From assembly GCF_043101355.1 (NCBI RefSeq), contig NZ_JBICHZ010000005.1: a stretch of DNA of 64,000 nucleotides; one strand, written 5' to 3'. A model generated the notes under the pieces. The model saw only the letters and a program-made list of their open reading frames with translations, did no database searches and was not told where the DNA came from. This document shows positions 20,956 to 30,900 of this stretch, one piece after another; the first letter of the stretch is position 1; every line of letters begins with the position of its first letter. Source of the stretch: Rhodopirellula sp. JB044. GTDB lineage: Bacteria > Planctomycetota > Planctomycetia > Pirellulales > Pirellulaceae. A program made the translations under genes and the position numbers.

Positions 20956-22203
20956 CTAGAACTCACCTTCGATCACTTCATTCGAAGCCCTCGTTCCGAG
21001 CGACCCCCACAATCCATAGGGACTCTTGGAGCCTGGCGCCTGCGTGCCGCCCTTGCCATACTCCACCATTCCCGCTCGCGAATCGCCGGCATCAATCGAA
21101 TCAGTAATGAACTTCACCGCACCGTCGGCCATCAACACATGGGCACCGCCTTGGTGACGACTCGACACACCCAACACACCACTGTGCCATGACGGTTGAT
21201 CCTTTTGCCACGTGCAGTTCTCTCGGTTTGGCGGAAGGATGGTGAAGACCCCGGAATACGTCGGCAACGCATCCGCCCAGTGGTACCCACGCGCCGCCGC
21301 GATCGAGCCCATCGGAATCCCCGAACTCCAGAAGCTAGGACGCTGCGGATCAATCAACGGCGTCGTGTCATCGAGGCAAGCAGACGGATTCGCAATGACC
21401 GTTGCTTCGGCGGTGACCGACCCGGCGGCTTTCGGCAAACTCGTACGAACATCGTTGTCCCCTAGATCCGTCGCGATTTCACCGCCCGCGATCGTGTTGG
21501 CGAGACCATCGAGAATGTCCCGGAACTGAGTTTTCTTCAGCGTCACGAATGCTCCTCGGCATCCCGCACGGGTCCGCGAACTGTAATGATCGCCCGTTTG
21601 GTACTTAGGACCACGCTCACCACGGATATCCAGATACCCGCGTGCAGACCAAGCGATCGAGTCACCCATGCAGGCGGCGTAGTTAGTCCGCCCCAATGCC
21701 GGCAATCCCGTCCCAGGATCACTCGGGCAACGAAACGCAGGAAGCTCCGTGGACCACGGAATGTACTGGATCTCTTCGGGTGTCGGGCCAAATGCAGGCC
21801 ACGGCGTCGTCCCACCGGGATCGGCGGTGGTCCCGTCGGTTCGTCCGATCAACGGGTTACTAATTTGCTCCCACAGTGCCTGCTGCTCAATGAACGGCGT
21901 GGCGCCGACGAGAAAACTAAGACGGTGCAGGTTGCCATCGTCCTTGTCGCCCCAGAACCAGTGATCCGTCGCGGACTGAGTCCCGGTCCCCTGGATCGGC
22001 ATCTGATCATAAGCACTGTGGTAGTTGTGAATCGCGAGCCCGATCTGCTTGAAGTTGTTACTACAACTCATCCGCCGAGCCGCCTCGCGAGCAGCCTGAA
22101 CGGCAGGCAACAGGAGCCCGACCAAAACGCCGATGATCGCGATCACCACCAGCAGTTCGACGAGGGTGAAGCCACGTGGCTTCCATTTTGAATTTCTTGA
22201 CAT
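20956..22203 (-). CDS. DUF1559 prepilin-like protein (copy 1)
   Basis: [53 protein letters not shown]; FRCPSD; [11 protein letters not shown]; H-X9-DG motif [16 protein letters not shown]. Confidence 0.95.
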   Translation of the reverse strand: MSRNSKWKPRGFTLVELLVVIAIIGVLVGLLLPAVQAAREAARRMSCSNNFKQIGLAIHNYHSAYDQMPIQGTGTQSATDHWFWGDKDDGNLHRLSFLVGATPFIEQQALWEQISNPLIGRTDGTTADPGGTTPWPAFGPTPEEIQYIPWSTELPAFRCPSDPGTGLPALGRTNYAACMGDSIAWSARGYLDIRGERGPKYQTGDHYSSRTRAGCRGAFVTLKKTQFRDILDGLANTIAGGEIATDLGDNDVRTSLPKAAGSVTAEATVIANPSACLDDTTPLIDPQRPSFWSSGIPMGSIAAARGYHWADALPTYSGVFTILPPNRENCTWQKDQPSWHSGVLGVSSRHQGGAHVLMADGAVKFITDSIDAGDSRAGMVEYGKGGTQAPGSKSPYGLWGSLGTRASNEVIEGEF

Positions 22204-22623
22204 GTCGTTTGACCGATACAGAGTGCGTGAAAAATTCGAAACACTGCTCGCGAGCTATAGAAACTGCCGCCAAACCACCGAATGTGGAACACAGCCTCGT
22301 AATGCCCTCCCTAAGGGCAGACCCGCGTGCCTGTTCTGATGGCGCCCTCACTGCTCAGATCACGCATAATGGGTGAAATATTTGAGAAAAATCAATACAC
22401 CCGTATTTTGAACGAATCCGCAAAAATCCTCGACTTTCTGCGGAACACCCCTTTCCCATGCGGCATTAGCGATGGTGGAAGCAGCTCGATTGTCTGTGTT
22501 TCCACCTGATTGCATGCCCCTCGACGGAAGGGCAAAGCGTTTCTTACGGTGTTCCCGCCGCTGCAGCGAACGACCATTCTCGAATCGGCCCCATTTCAAA
22601 CTTTATTTTCAAAAGGTGTTGCC

Positions 22624-22812
22624 ATGAAAACTCTCGCCATTCTTTCTCTTCTCGTTGCTGGGTTTGCCGTAACCGGATGCGGTTCGGGCGAACCCGCCGT
22701 AATCGGTACCAGTGACCCAGAAGGCATTGCCAACTACGAAGCGATCATCGCAGAGCAACAAATGACTCAACGCGATATGAAAGAGGTCGAAAAAGAAATC
22801 ATGAAAGAGTGA
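22624..22812 (+). CDS. Small lipoprotein (62 aa), DUF1559-associated type
   Basis: MKTLAILSLLVAGFAVTGC lipobox, AAAGGTG RBS-like sequence upstream of the ATG at 22624, acidic helical tail. The track ORF starts too early, at 22510. Confidence 0.75.
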   Translation: MKTLAILSLLVAGFAVTGCGSGEPAVIGTSDPEGIANYEAIIAEQQMTQRDMKEVEKEIMKE

Positions 22813-22843
22813 ACAAAATCACCCTTCCGGAACTGAAGCCAAT

Positions 22844-22862
22844 GTCGCGTTACTGACGCGAC
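22844..22862. terminator. Hairpin GTCGCGT-tactg-ACGCGAC between convergent genes
   Basis: 7-bp stem just downstream of the lipoprotein stop; no clear U-tract. Confidence 0.3.
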
Positions 22863-22966
22863 TCAGCGGGACTGTCGACGCCAGAACACATCAACCAACA
22901 GCATCCGGCCTGAACGGGAAAAGAAACACGAATTCCGCGTTGCACCCGAGTCATACGTCGACAACT

Positions 22967-25900
22967 TTAAAAAGGCTCCTGTCCCTGAACGATGACCCAC
23001 TCGCGATCCACCGCGACCTGGCTCGTCACCTGTTCACTGCCGTCGGGCCATGAGATGCTCACGGTGACAGGCATAATGTTGTCACCTAGTCCAAATCGCA
23101 CGACCCTCTCGTTGCTGCACAAATAGCCATCGCCCGACGACACGACACCCGTCCATCGATGATCTTCTTGTTCGACAACCACAACCGCACCGATCGCGTC
23201 TCGCGAGACTGAGCGGCCCACCAACCGGAAGGAAACATGGTGGTGATCGGTTTCTGTTTGATTCACCAGCAACGCGACCGGTTCGGTTTGGTGCGTGACA
23301 ACGAGATCGACTTTCCCGTTGCGATCAATATCGATCGTCCACAACGCCCGACCGGAATGATTCGTAGACAGATACCTGCCGGAACGTGCCGTATCAAAAA
23401 TTGAGAACCGACCATCGATGTCTTGGTAATAGACCTGCATCGGTTGCAGGTACTCCGATTCGCTTTCCGAAACGGGAAAGTCAACGTGCCCGTTGGCGAC
23501 GACCAACTCTAACAAACCGTCGTTATCGAAATCGACGGCCTCGCTCCCAAATCCCACCATCGGAAACGCAGCCTCGGAAAGATTCTGCTGCAGTGTCCGG
23601 TCGAGCCAGAAGCCGCTTCCGTTTTGCTGATGGAATGTGTTGTACTCGTCTTCGAAATTAGTGATGTAAATGTCCATATCGCCATCGCGGTCCATATCTG
23701 CGGTAGCGATTCCCATCGACGCTTGCGGGTTCGATCGGTCATCGGTCGCCAAACCACGCGAAATACCTGACTCAACTAATCGCATGGATTCCGAGGGACT
23801 CCGGCTGTAGTAGTGGTTGTTGCTCATATCGTTGGCAACAAAGATATCCAACCCCGGACTGCCATCGAGAGATGACACCACCACACCCAATCCCCGCCCT
23901 AAAATCGCCGGCTCGAACCCCCAATCTTCCGTCACATCGATGAACGTGCCGTCGCCTCGATTGTGAAAAAGGTTGTCCGCTTCGGCCGAGAAATAAATCG
24001 GTGCACATGATTTGTGAATCCCTTTCGCTTCATCGACGCATGAGTCGGTCACGGGATCGAGCCCCGCGCAGTAGTTGAGGACAACGATGTCAGACAGACC
24101 GTCACCATCGATGTCCGCAATCGCCCCGCTCGATGACCATCGCGAAAGAGGGCCAGGCATCAAATCCGCAGTCGCATCCGAGAACGTCCCATCACCATTG
24201 TTGATGTAAATAACGTTCTCCCCGTAGTTTAAAACCAGCAGATCGGGAAACCCGTCTTCGTTCAGATCACCAACGGCGACGCCCTGCCCAAACCCTATAT
24301 CGGTGGTTCCTGAACGCGATCCGACGTCAACTAATCGTCCATTGAGGTTCCGCCACAACGCGTTGGGACTGGAATCGCGATGTGGCGGCGTGCCACCGGC
24401 AGCGGTTAAGTACAAATCACACCAACCGTCCAAATCAAAATCAATGGCACCGCCACCGCACCCCAACTCGGCATAAATCGGAATGCCCGGTTGGTCCAAA
24501 TCATCTCGCGTTCGTCCAAAGAAGTTCAACCCACGCTCGACGGCTTCGTTTCGCAGCGTCGGCATGATCGACGCGACCGTTACCGGCGGTGCAGACTTCG
24601 CAGCCAACACCGAACCGGATGAACCCTGTTTAGGCTTGGGGAGATGACTGAGGTCGCAGGCCAGCTCGGTTCGCTCGTCGATAACCTGCCATGGCGTATC
24701 ACGCCGCAGCGATTTTACGATCTTCTGCCGTATCGCATTCACATCGACTTCTGGTTCATCAGCCGCGATCGGAAAGCCTAATCCGATCGCCGCCCACGCT
24801 TCCGCTTCCCAAGGACGCCCTAGCGAGAACAAAGTAGTCGCAACGTTGGCCGCTTCCACTCGCGAGTCTCGGCCCGATCGATCAAACCGTTTTTTAGCTT
24901 GAATCGCTTCGCTCAACCGGTTGGCACGCCGTTGAACGGCATCGATCGTTGTTTCCATCTGCGTAGCGGGCGTGTCACTATCGTTCATCTCAGGCAATTG
25001 ACGAAGAGTGGACGCGAGTTTGGCCCATACCAACGCCACGTCCGCGTTGCGTCTGGTCGCCTCCCAATACGCCCGTGCAGCACCCGCGTAATCGCCTGCA
25101 GAACGAGCCCAGTCGCCCTGGACGGACCAATACATCCACTCCGCATCGTGCCCCCTCAAACCAGAAACGGTTTCGTCCCACTGCTTCAACTCGTCGAACC
25201 GTCCCAAATCCGCGAGCGTTCGCCCCCGCAACAACTGCGCCGGCAGATACTGAGGATGCACGTCCAAAATCTCTCGCAACATGGTTTCGGATTCCACCAA
25301 TTTGCCTTGATCGAATAGCTTTTTCGCGGCTCCGATCAACGGCCGCTTGTCATCCGGATTTCGCTCCACCATCTGATCGAGCGAGTCGTTTTCGAGGTCC
25401 CGTTTTTCGGTGTTACTCAGTTCGATCAGCAACTCAGCATCAAATTTTCTTCGTCGCACCAACTCTCGCCCGTGGGGCACCGCCTCGGTATGCCGTTCAA
25501 AAATGACTAAGAAATCAAACAGCCAACGTCGTGATTCGTCTTGATCAGGGTGCCTCCGGACAGCTTCGGCGAGCAAATCCATCGCGTCAAAAACACGCCC
25601 CACCGAGATTAAACCGGTCGCCGCGCGACGAACCGAAGCAACATCAGCCAACTCGCCCGCCTGAGCCGCATCGACGAGCAAGCCGATCGCAGCATCCGGA
25701 CGTTTGTTCTCGTGAGCCACGCGTGCCACCTGCGACAAAACCTCGGGATCATCGGAATGCGAGATCAACACGGCTTCCGAAAATTGATCAGCCGCCTGCC
25801 AGTCGCCTGATCGAATCGCCGCGCGCATGGAATCCAGCGGCGAGACCTCTTTCACTTCCGCCCCAACACTCGCACTCTCGCGTGCAGACTCGTCACCGCA

Positions 25901-26107
25901 ACCGATCATCACGCTGACAACACAGAGCATCACGAGACATGATTCGATTGGTAACATTCTTCGATACCAAATGATTTCCATAGCAAGTCGATTCATGTGG
26001 AGAAAGCAATGCGGAAAATAAAGAAGCCAAGAAACACCGTCAAGAAACTTCCACCGATTCACTGATCGATCACTCGGCCGGCGGTTGAAGCATACAAAGA
26101 TGAGCAA
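22967..26107 (-). CDS. TPR + FG-GAP/CRTAC1-like + ASPIC/UnbV lipoprotein (copy 2)
   Basis: Lipobox-like VMIGC; TPR half; ELGCGGGAIDFDLDGWCDLY; GFGQGVAVGDLNEDGFPDL; SRDAIGAVV...GDGYLCSNERVVRFGLG. The true start is probably downstream of 26107. Confidence 0.88.
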   Translation of the reverse strand: MLIFVCFNRRPSDRSVNRWKFLDGVSWLLYFPHCFLHMNRLAMEIIWYRRMLPIESCLVMLCVVSVMIGCGDESARESASVGAEVKEVSPLDSMRAAIRSGDWQAADQFSEAVLISHSDDPEVLSQVARVAHENKRPDAAIGLLVDAAQAGELADVASVRRAATGLISVGRVFDAMDLLAEAVRRHPDQDESRRWLFDFLVIFERHTEAVPHGRELVRRRKFDAELLIELSNTEKRDLENDSLDQMVERNPDDKRPLIGAAKKLFDQGKLVESETMLREILDVHPQYLPAQLLRGRTLADLGRFDELKQWDETVSGLRGHDAEWMYWSVQGDWARSAGDYAGAARAYWEATRRNADVALVWAKLASTLRQLPEMNDSDTPATQMETTIDAVQRRANRLSEAIQAKKRFDRSGRDSRVEAANVATTLFSLGRPWEAEAWAAIGLGFPIAADEPEVDVNAIRQKIVKSLRRDTPWQVIDERTELACDLSHLPKPKQGSSGSVLAAKSAPPVTVASIMPTLRNEAVERGLNFFGRTRDDLDQPGIPIYAELGCGGGAIDFDLDGWCDLYLTAAGGTPPHRDSSPNALWRNLNGRLVDVGSRSGTTDIGFGQGVAVGDLNEDGFPDLLVLNYGENVIYINNGDGTFSDATADLMPGPLSRWSSSGAIADIDGDGLSDIVVLNYCAGLDPVTDSCVDEAKGIHKSCAPIYFSAEADNLFHNRGDGTFIDVTEDWGFEPAILGRGLGVVVSSLDGSPGLDIFVANDMSNNHYYSRSPSESMRLVESGISRGLATDDRSNPQASMGIATADMDRDGDMDIYITNFEDEYNTFHQQNGSGFWLDRTLQQNLSEAAFPMVGFGSEAVDFDNDGLLELVVANGHVDFPVSESESEYLQPMQVYYQDIDGRFSIFDTARSGRYLSTNHSGRALWTIDIDRNGKVDLVVTHQTEPVALLVNQTETDHHHVSFRLVGRSVSRDAIGAVVVVEQEDHRWTGVVSSGDGYLCSNERVVRFGLGDNIMPVTVSISWPDGSEQVTSQVAVDREWVIVQGQEPF

Positions 26108-26337
26108 AGCAGCCTACTGTAGAAGACACAACGATTCAAACTCATCGATTCCAGTCTCTGTTTGCGAAACAAGCATCACAACACTTCCGTGAACTCGATA
26201 GCGTTCATTGTGATTCGCGTTCATCAAATCTTATGTTCACGTGTGACACGGTGCATCATGGATGTATAAATTCGGGCCACCCATCGATTGTCGTTATCGC
26301 GGGCTATCCGACGACGTTTCTTCCCACAGAATCCTCC

Positions 26338-27897
26338 ATGATCATTCGCCACCTGACATATGTATTTGTTTTAACTGCGTGCGTTTTGTTCTGCTCCAAC
26401 GCGATTGCACAATCAAACCCCACGTCTGCGATCCACATCACTGCCACTTCTCAAAAATCTCCCAATCTTCCGGTCCCCCGTGACAAACGAATCCCGTTTG
26501 GATGGCCATCACTTCCGATCGCATCTGCTAGCGATGGCAGTGCCTCGCATGTGCGTTGGTCCCCACAGAGCCTTCCTCCGGGCGACACCATTCGCCTGCG
26601 TCTGACAACGGCGCTCGACTCCCGCAAACCTCTCTTGTTGGAGGTCAGCCTGCCTGGTGAAACGGAACCTCTCGGTCAATTCAACTTTAACTTCGCACCT
26701 GTTTTCCAAATGGGTGAACTGCCACTGACGCGAGACCAAGCCCAACAAGTGCTCAAACACGGGATCGTCATCAGGAGGACCATCGGAGAGGCGCCGTTTC
26801 ATTTGTTCGTATCCGCGTCAGACTCACCATCTACCCATCCGTCCACGACCAATTCAGTGCCGCCCCAAGTGGCCGCCATCCCACCTTTGCTGCAACCCCA
26901 CCTGATGGTCGCGGGGGAGACAGATCGTTGGGCCGAATACAACAAACGGCTTGAGGGACTCGACACGGTTCAACCTTTTGGATGGATGGAAGGAGCATTA
27001 CTCGACGGTGTTTGGGATTTGGCGCAAGCGACTCACAGTGACGGCTTCGCGAATGGCTATTCCAATCGAATGAATTTGTATCTACGCGGTGATCGATTGA
27101 TCTATGAGGATCCCAAGAGTTGCCCGTGCGACGATCGGATCTTTGGCATTGAAGACACACTCCCCTTTGCCGCGATCGCTCAAACGCATCCTGATCACCC
27201 AGCTATTGATCTGGCCATCGCGTTTTGGAAAAACCACCGTCGCCCACCAGGTTTTGCCGAAGGATGCGTGCAAGACGGTGGGTTATGCAGTGCCGAGGGT
27301 TCTTACACCGTAGGCTATCCATTGATGCGGGTCGGTCGACTTCGTAACGACCCTCAACTGATTTCCATCGCTCTGGATCAGTATCGGATTCGCAAGCAAT
27401 TACTCGTTGACGAAGACCAGAACATTTGGCTGAGAAACTCCAACGGTCGGCGGACGATGAAGAATTGGGCGCGTGGCGTGACATGGTATTTCCTGGGATT
27501 GATTCGCGGTATTGCCGAGGCTCCCGACTCGGTCGACACGAGCGACCTTCGTGCGGAAGCTGTCCGCACGATGGACTGGGTAATCTCACATCAACAAGAC
27601 AACGGATTGTGGCGGAACCTCTTTGACCAGCCTTCACAAACAATCGACACCTCAGGTTCATCGGGAATCGCTGCCGCACTCGCGATCGGTGCCAAAACAG
27701 GCATTTTGCCGGATCGGGCACGTACAGCCGCGTTGAAAACCAAACAGGGATTGACCGATTACCTCACCGCCGACGGCCTGCTCGCTCACGGCACTCCGAG
27801 CAACCGATCGCCTGAAGCCCAAAGCAACCGCCGCGTGATCTTCCCCGTCGGCATGGGACTCTGCGCTCAAATGATCGCCGCTCTGCAAAGCGAGTGA
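26338..27897 (+). CDS. GH88/GH105 unsaturated uronyl (rhamnogalacturonyl) hydrolase with an extra N-terminal domain
   Basis: Signal peptide from the ATG at 26338; FGWMEGALLDG; NWARGVTWY; HQQDNGLWRNL; IDTSGSSGIAAALA; (alpha/alpha)6-barrel pattern. Confidence 0.8.
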   Translation: MIIRHLTYVFVLTACVLFCSNAIAQSNPTSAIHITATSQKSPNLPVPRDKRIPFGWPSLPIASASDGSASHVRWSPQSLPPGDTIRLRLTTALDSRKPLLLEVSLPGETEPLGQFNFNFAPVFQMGELPLTRDQAQQVLKHGIVIRRTIGEAPFHLFVSASDSPSTHPSTTNSVPPQVAAIPPLLQPHLMVAGETDRWAEYNKRLEGLDTVQPFGWMEGALLDGVWDLAQATHSDGFANGYSNRMNLYLRGDRLIYEDPKSCPCDDRIFGIEDTLPFAAIAQTHPDHPAIDLAIAFWKNHRRPPGFAEGCVQDGGLCSAEGSYTVGYPLMRVGRLRNDPQLISIALDQYRIRKQLLVDEDQNIWLRNSNGRRTMKNWARGVTWYFLGLIRGIAEAPDSVDTSDLRAEAVRTMDWVISHQQDNGLWRNLFDQPSQTIDTSGSSGIAAALAIGAKTGILPDRARTAALKTKQGLTDYLTADGLLAHGTPSNRSPEAQSNRRVIFPVGMGLCAQMIAALQSE

Positions 27898-27901
27898 TCG
27901 C

Positions 27902-30900
27902 TTACTTGACTTGCCACCGGCCCCATAGCTTCGGGGTCAGTTCGGCTTCGCTAGGCACGTCGGCCGTGATCGCGGTCGCTTTGTTGCTCCAGTAAACCCG
28001 CTGAGTCGTTTGCCCGCCGGAACCGCGGAGCACGCCCATATCGGCTCGCACGATGTCGCCCGACTTGGGTGCCCAGTGCAACGTGGCCATCGGCACGCTG
28101 ACTTCGTAGTTGCCCGCTTTGTCGGACGCGAATTTTACCTGCGTGGTAACGTCCTTGACCACATCGATGTTGATCGTGCGCCACGGGCTGCTGAACGCGA
28201 CCGGGTTAAGGGTGCCCGGAACTTTGGACCGATAGAGCACCGCGTGCATCTTCCCCTTGACCAGCGTGACTAAGAGCCGCTGATCGGTATCGGTTTGCAG
28301 CATGAGATCAAGGCAACCACCAGTTTTGAAGAGCGCATTGGGCGTCTCGCCGCTGTTGTTGAGCAGATCCTTTTCCGTCGTCCGCCACGCCGCGAACAAC
28401 CGGCCATCGGCGATACAAAGTGAACCGCTGACTTCATACGGGCGCGAGTCGCTGTTGAAGTTGGCCTTGGTACCGCGTCGATCGATCATGGCCCACTCGG
28501 CCGAGACTGGCCAATCATCGAGTTTGCCATCGACCGTCGGCGTGTCGGTCCGCATCGGCACGGAAAGGATGCCCGTGCCAAGAGACTGCTGTCGCGAGAG
28601 TTCAACGCGGGCGAACCAATCACGAGCTTTGTCGAGATCCGCCGTCGTGATCGTGATCTGTTGATCGGGAAGACGCTTGAGGCTATCGAGACCATCAACT
28701 CGCACGAGGCTGGTGCGGCCACCGTCAACGACATATACCTTGCCATCGGGTGTCTGCGTCATGCTGGGCCAAAAGTTCTCGTCGTGCAGCGAGACATCGG
28801 TCACGTCCATGTTCCGCGTGGCCACGGGCGCGGCCCAGTTCGGCCGCAAGCGAATGTCATGGAACAAGGTGCTTACAAACAAACCGTCCGCCGTGAACAG
28901 ATACATGTTGCCCATGTTCCCGTTGATACCGAACATCGGACCAACAGGGCCGTCGATGAAATCACCGAGCAAGCGTGTATGGCCGACGACCATGCCCGGG
29001 CGGTCGGGCACGGCCGCCTCATGGCTGGCATGAAGCCCAGGCCATGGACTAGGGTAACTCCAACGCGGCTCGCCTTGATAGGTGCCACCAAGACCGTGCG
29101 GTGAAAACGGCTTTGTCGCGTTGGTGGAGATCGTCCATCCGTTGTGATGCAGCGTTTGGTTGCCACCACTCGAAGGCGGCTTGCCCCCTGCGGGACCGAG
29201 CCTTACGGGTGCAAAGTCGTAGCGTGGCACGCCTTTCGTGTCGATGCCCGTCGGGCGAAACATCGCGGTGTCTTCACCTAGCCGTGAAACGATGAAATCG
29301 AGATCACGAGTGACCGTCACACCGCGAGCTTGACCTCGGGTCATCTGAATTTCCGCGGCCTGCGGCTTGCCGTCTGCGTTCAGATCCATCCACAGGAAAG
29401 TGGCATGTTTGTCCGGTTTCGGGTTTGCTTTTTCGGGCTGTGTGCCGTCCGGCCACACGCTGCGGAACTCGGGCTGCTCGCGGAGATAGGGCCACGCATG
29501 CGCATCACCCAACGCGGCGACGAGTCGGGTTTGCTTGCCGGTATCAAGCCAAAGGAACGCAACGTTGTCACCGCCCGTGGGAGTATGCGTGTAACAACTG
29601 GTGAAGTATCGACGGCCGTTTCCCCGCGAAGGATACAGCGGCCAGTCGGGTGAGAAGTGACCGTAATGAGCCTCGAGCAACGGATCGGGACGGGCGAACA
29701 CGCGAGCCAGCTTGTCGGTACCGTTTTCCCAATCGAGTGAAAACTCGAGACCCTTGTAAAAGAAATTGCCCGCGTCGCGAGAGTCGAGCACACCCCCGCC
29801 GCCATATTCGGTCGGACCGTAGAACGTGCGTTCGAGATCGCCATGTGCCGACCAAACCGAGACCCGGCGCGGGTAGTTGTCGTTTTCGGCAACCCACACG
29901 CGACCTTGCGAATCGATCGCCAATCCGTTGGGATTGTTCATGTGCTGCGGGTCATAATCACCGACCGTCGGTGCCCCCGCTTTACCGATCGCTTCCATGA
30001 ATTTTCCGGAAGGCGAAAAAATCTTGACCTGATGCGAACTGCCTCGGTCGCTAATGTAGTACCGCCCTTCGGCATCGATCGCGATGTGCCTCGGATCTTC
30101 GAGCCCTTCAACGATTACCGTCTCGGCTTGGGTCGAATTCACTGATGAATAAGCAAGCAATCGGTTCTCGCTGAGCACCAACATCCGGCCCCGTTCATCA
30201 AAAGTAACGCCGCGTGGGCTGCGCACTGGCAGGTGGCCCACTTGCTTGCCGGTCGGAATATCGACGAAGAGCAATTCGTTTTGCCGCAGCATCGAACAAA
30301 CCAACATGCCGTCGTGCGCTGCCAATCCGCTCAACACATACCGCCGATCTCCACCTTCGAAACCCTCAATCGGTTCCGGCCTGGGATCGGTGGGCTTCCT
30401 CGGGCGCGGATCATCACCGAGTTGGGTTTGAAAGATCGATTGGTCACCAAGCGATTTTGTTTTGGCTGTCAGTCGCAGCTCGCCTTCCCACACCGAGCCC
30501 ACGTAACACAGGTGTTCCTTTTCGGCTTGCGTTCCCAGATCGACCGCCAACGTCGGCGCGCCGGTCCAGTGACCACCCACCCAATGCTGGCCACCGACTT
30601 TCGTGCCGTCTTCACGCAGCCACTGCAAGCCATGCCCACCTTCGGCAACGTAACACCCCATGAGAATCAGGGGCTCTCCATCCTCGGTACGGTCGCCCGA
30701 AACAAAGGTCATGCTTGTTGGCGGCGTGTGCGTCGTGAGCCAACAGCCAGTGTTGTCGGCGGTCCTCCAAGGAGGTTTGCCTGCGTTGTAGATACTGAAC
30801 TCATAACGCAGGCTCAGCGGTTTACGCCACAGCCCGCGCACTGTGTACCGCCCCGGTGCGACAGGGCGCGACGGAATGTGATAAACACCGTGAGCGGCCG

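Noticed and set aside
22515-22570. c-di-GMP-I (GEMM) riboswitch resemblance (GGGCAAAG)
   Set aside because: Lacks the GNRA tetraloop/receptor and the two-stem layout; kept only as an unexplained leader motif.
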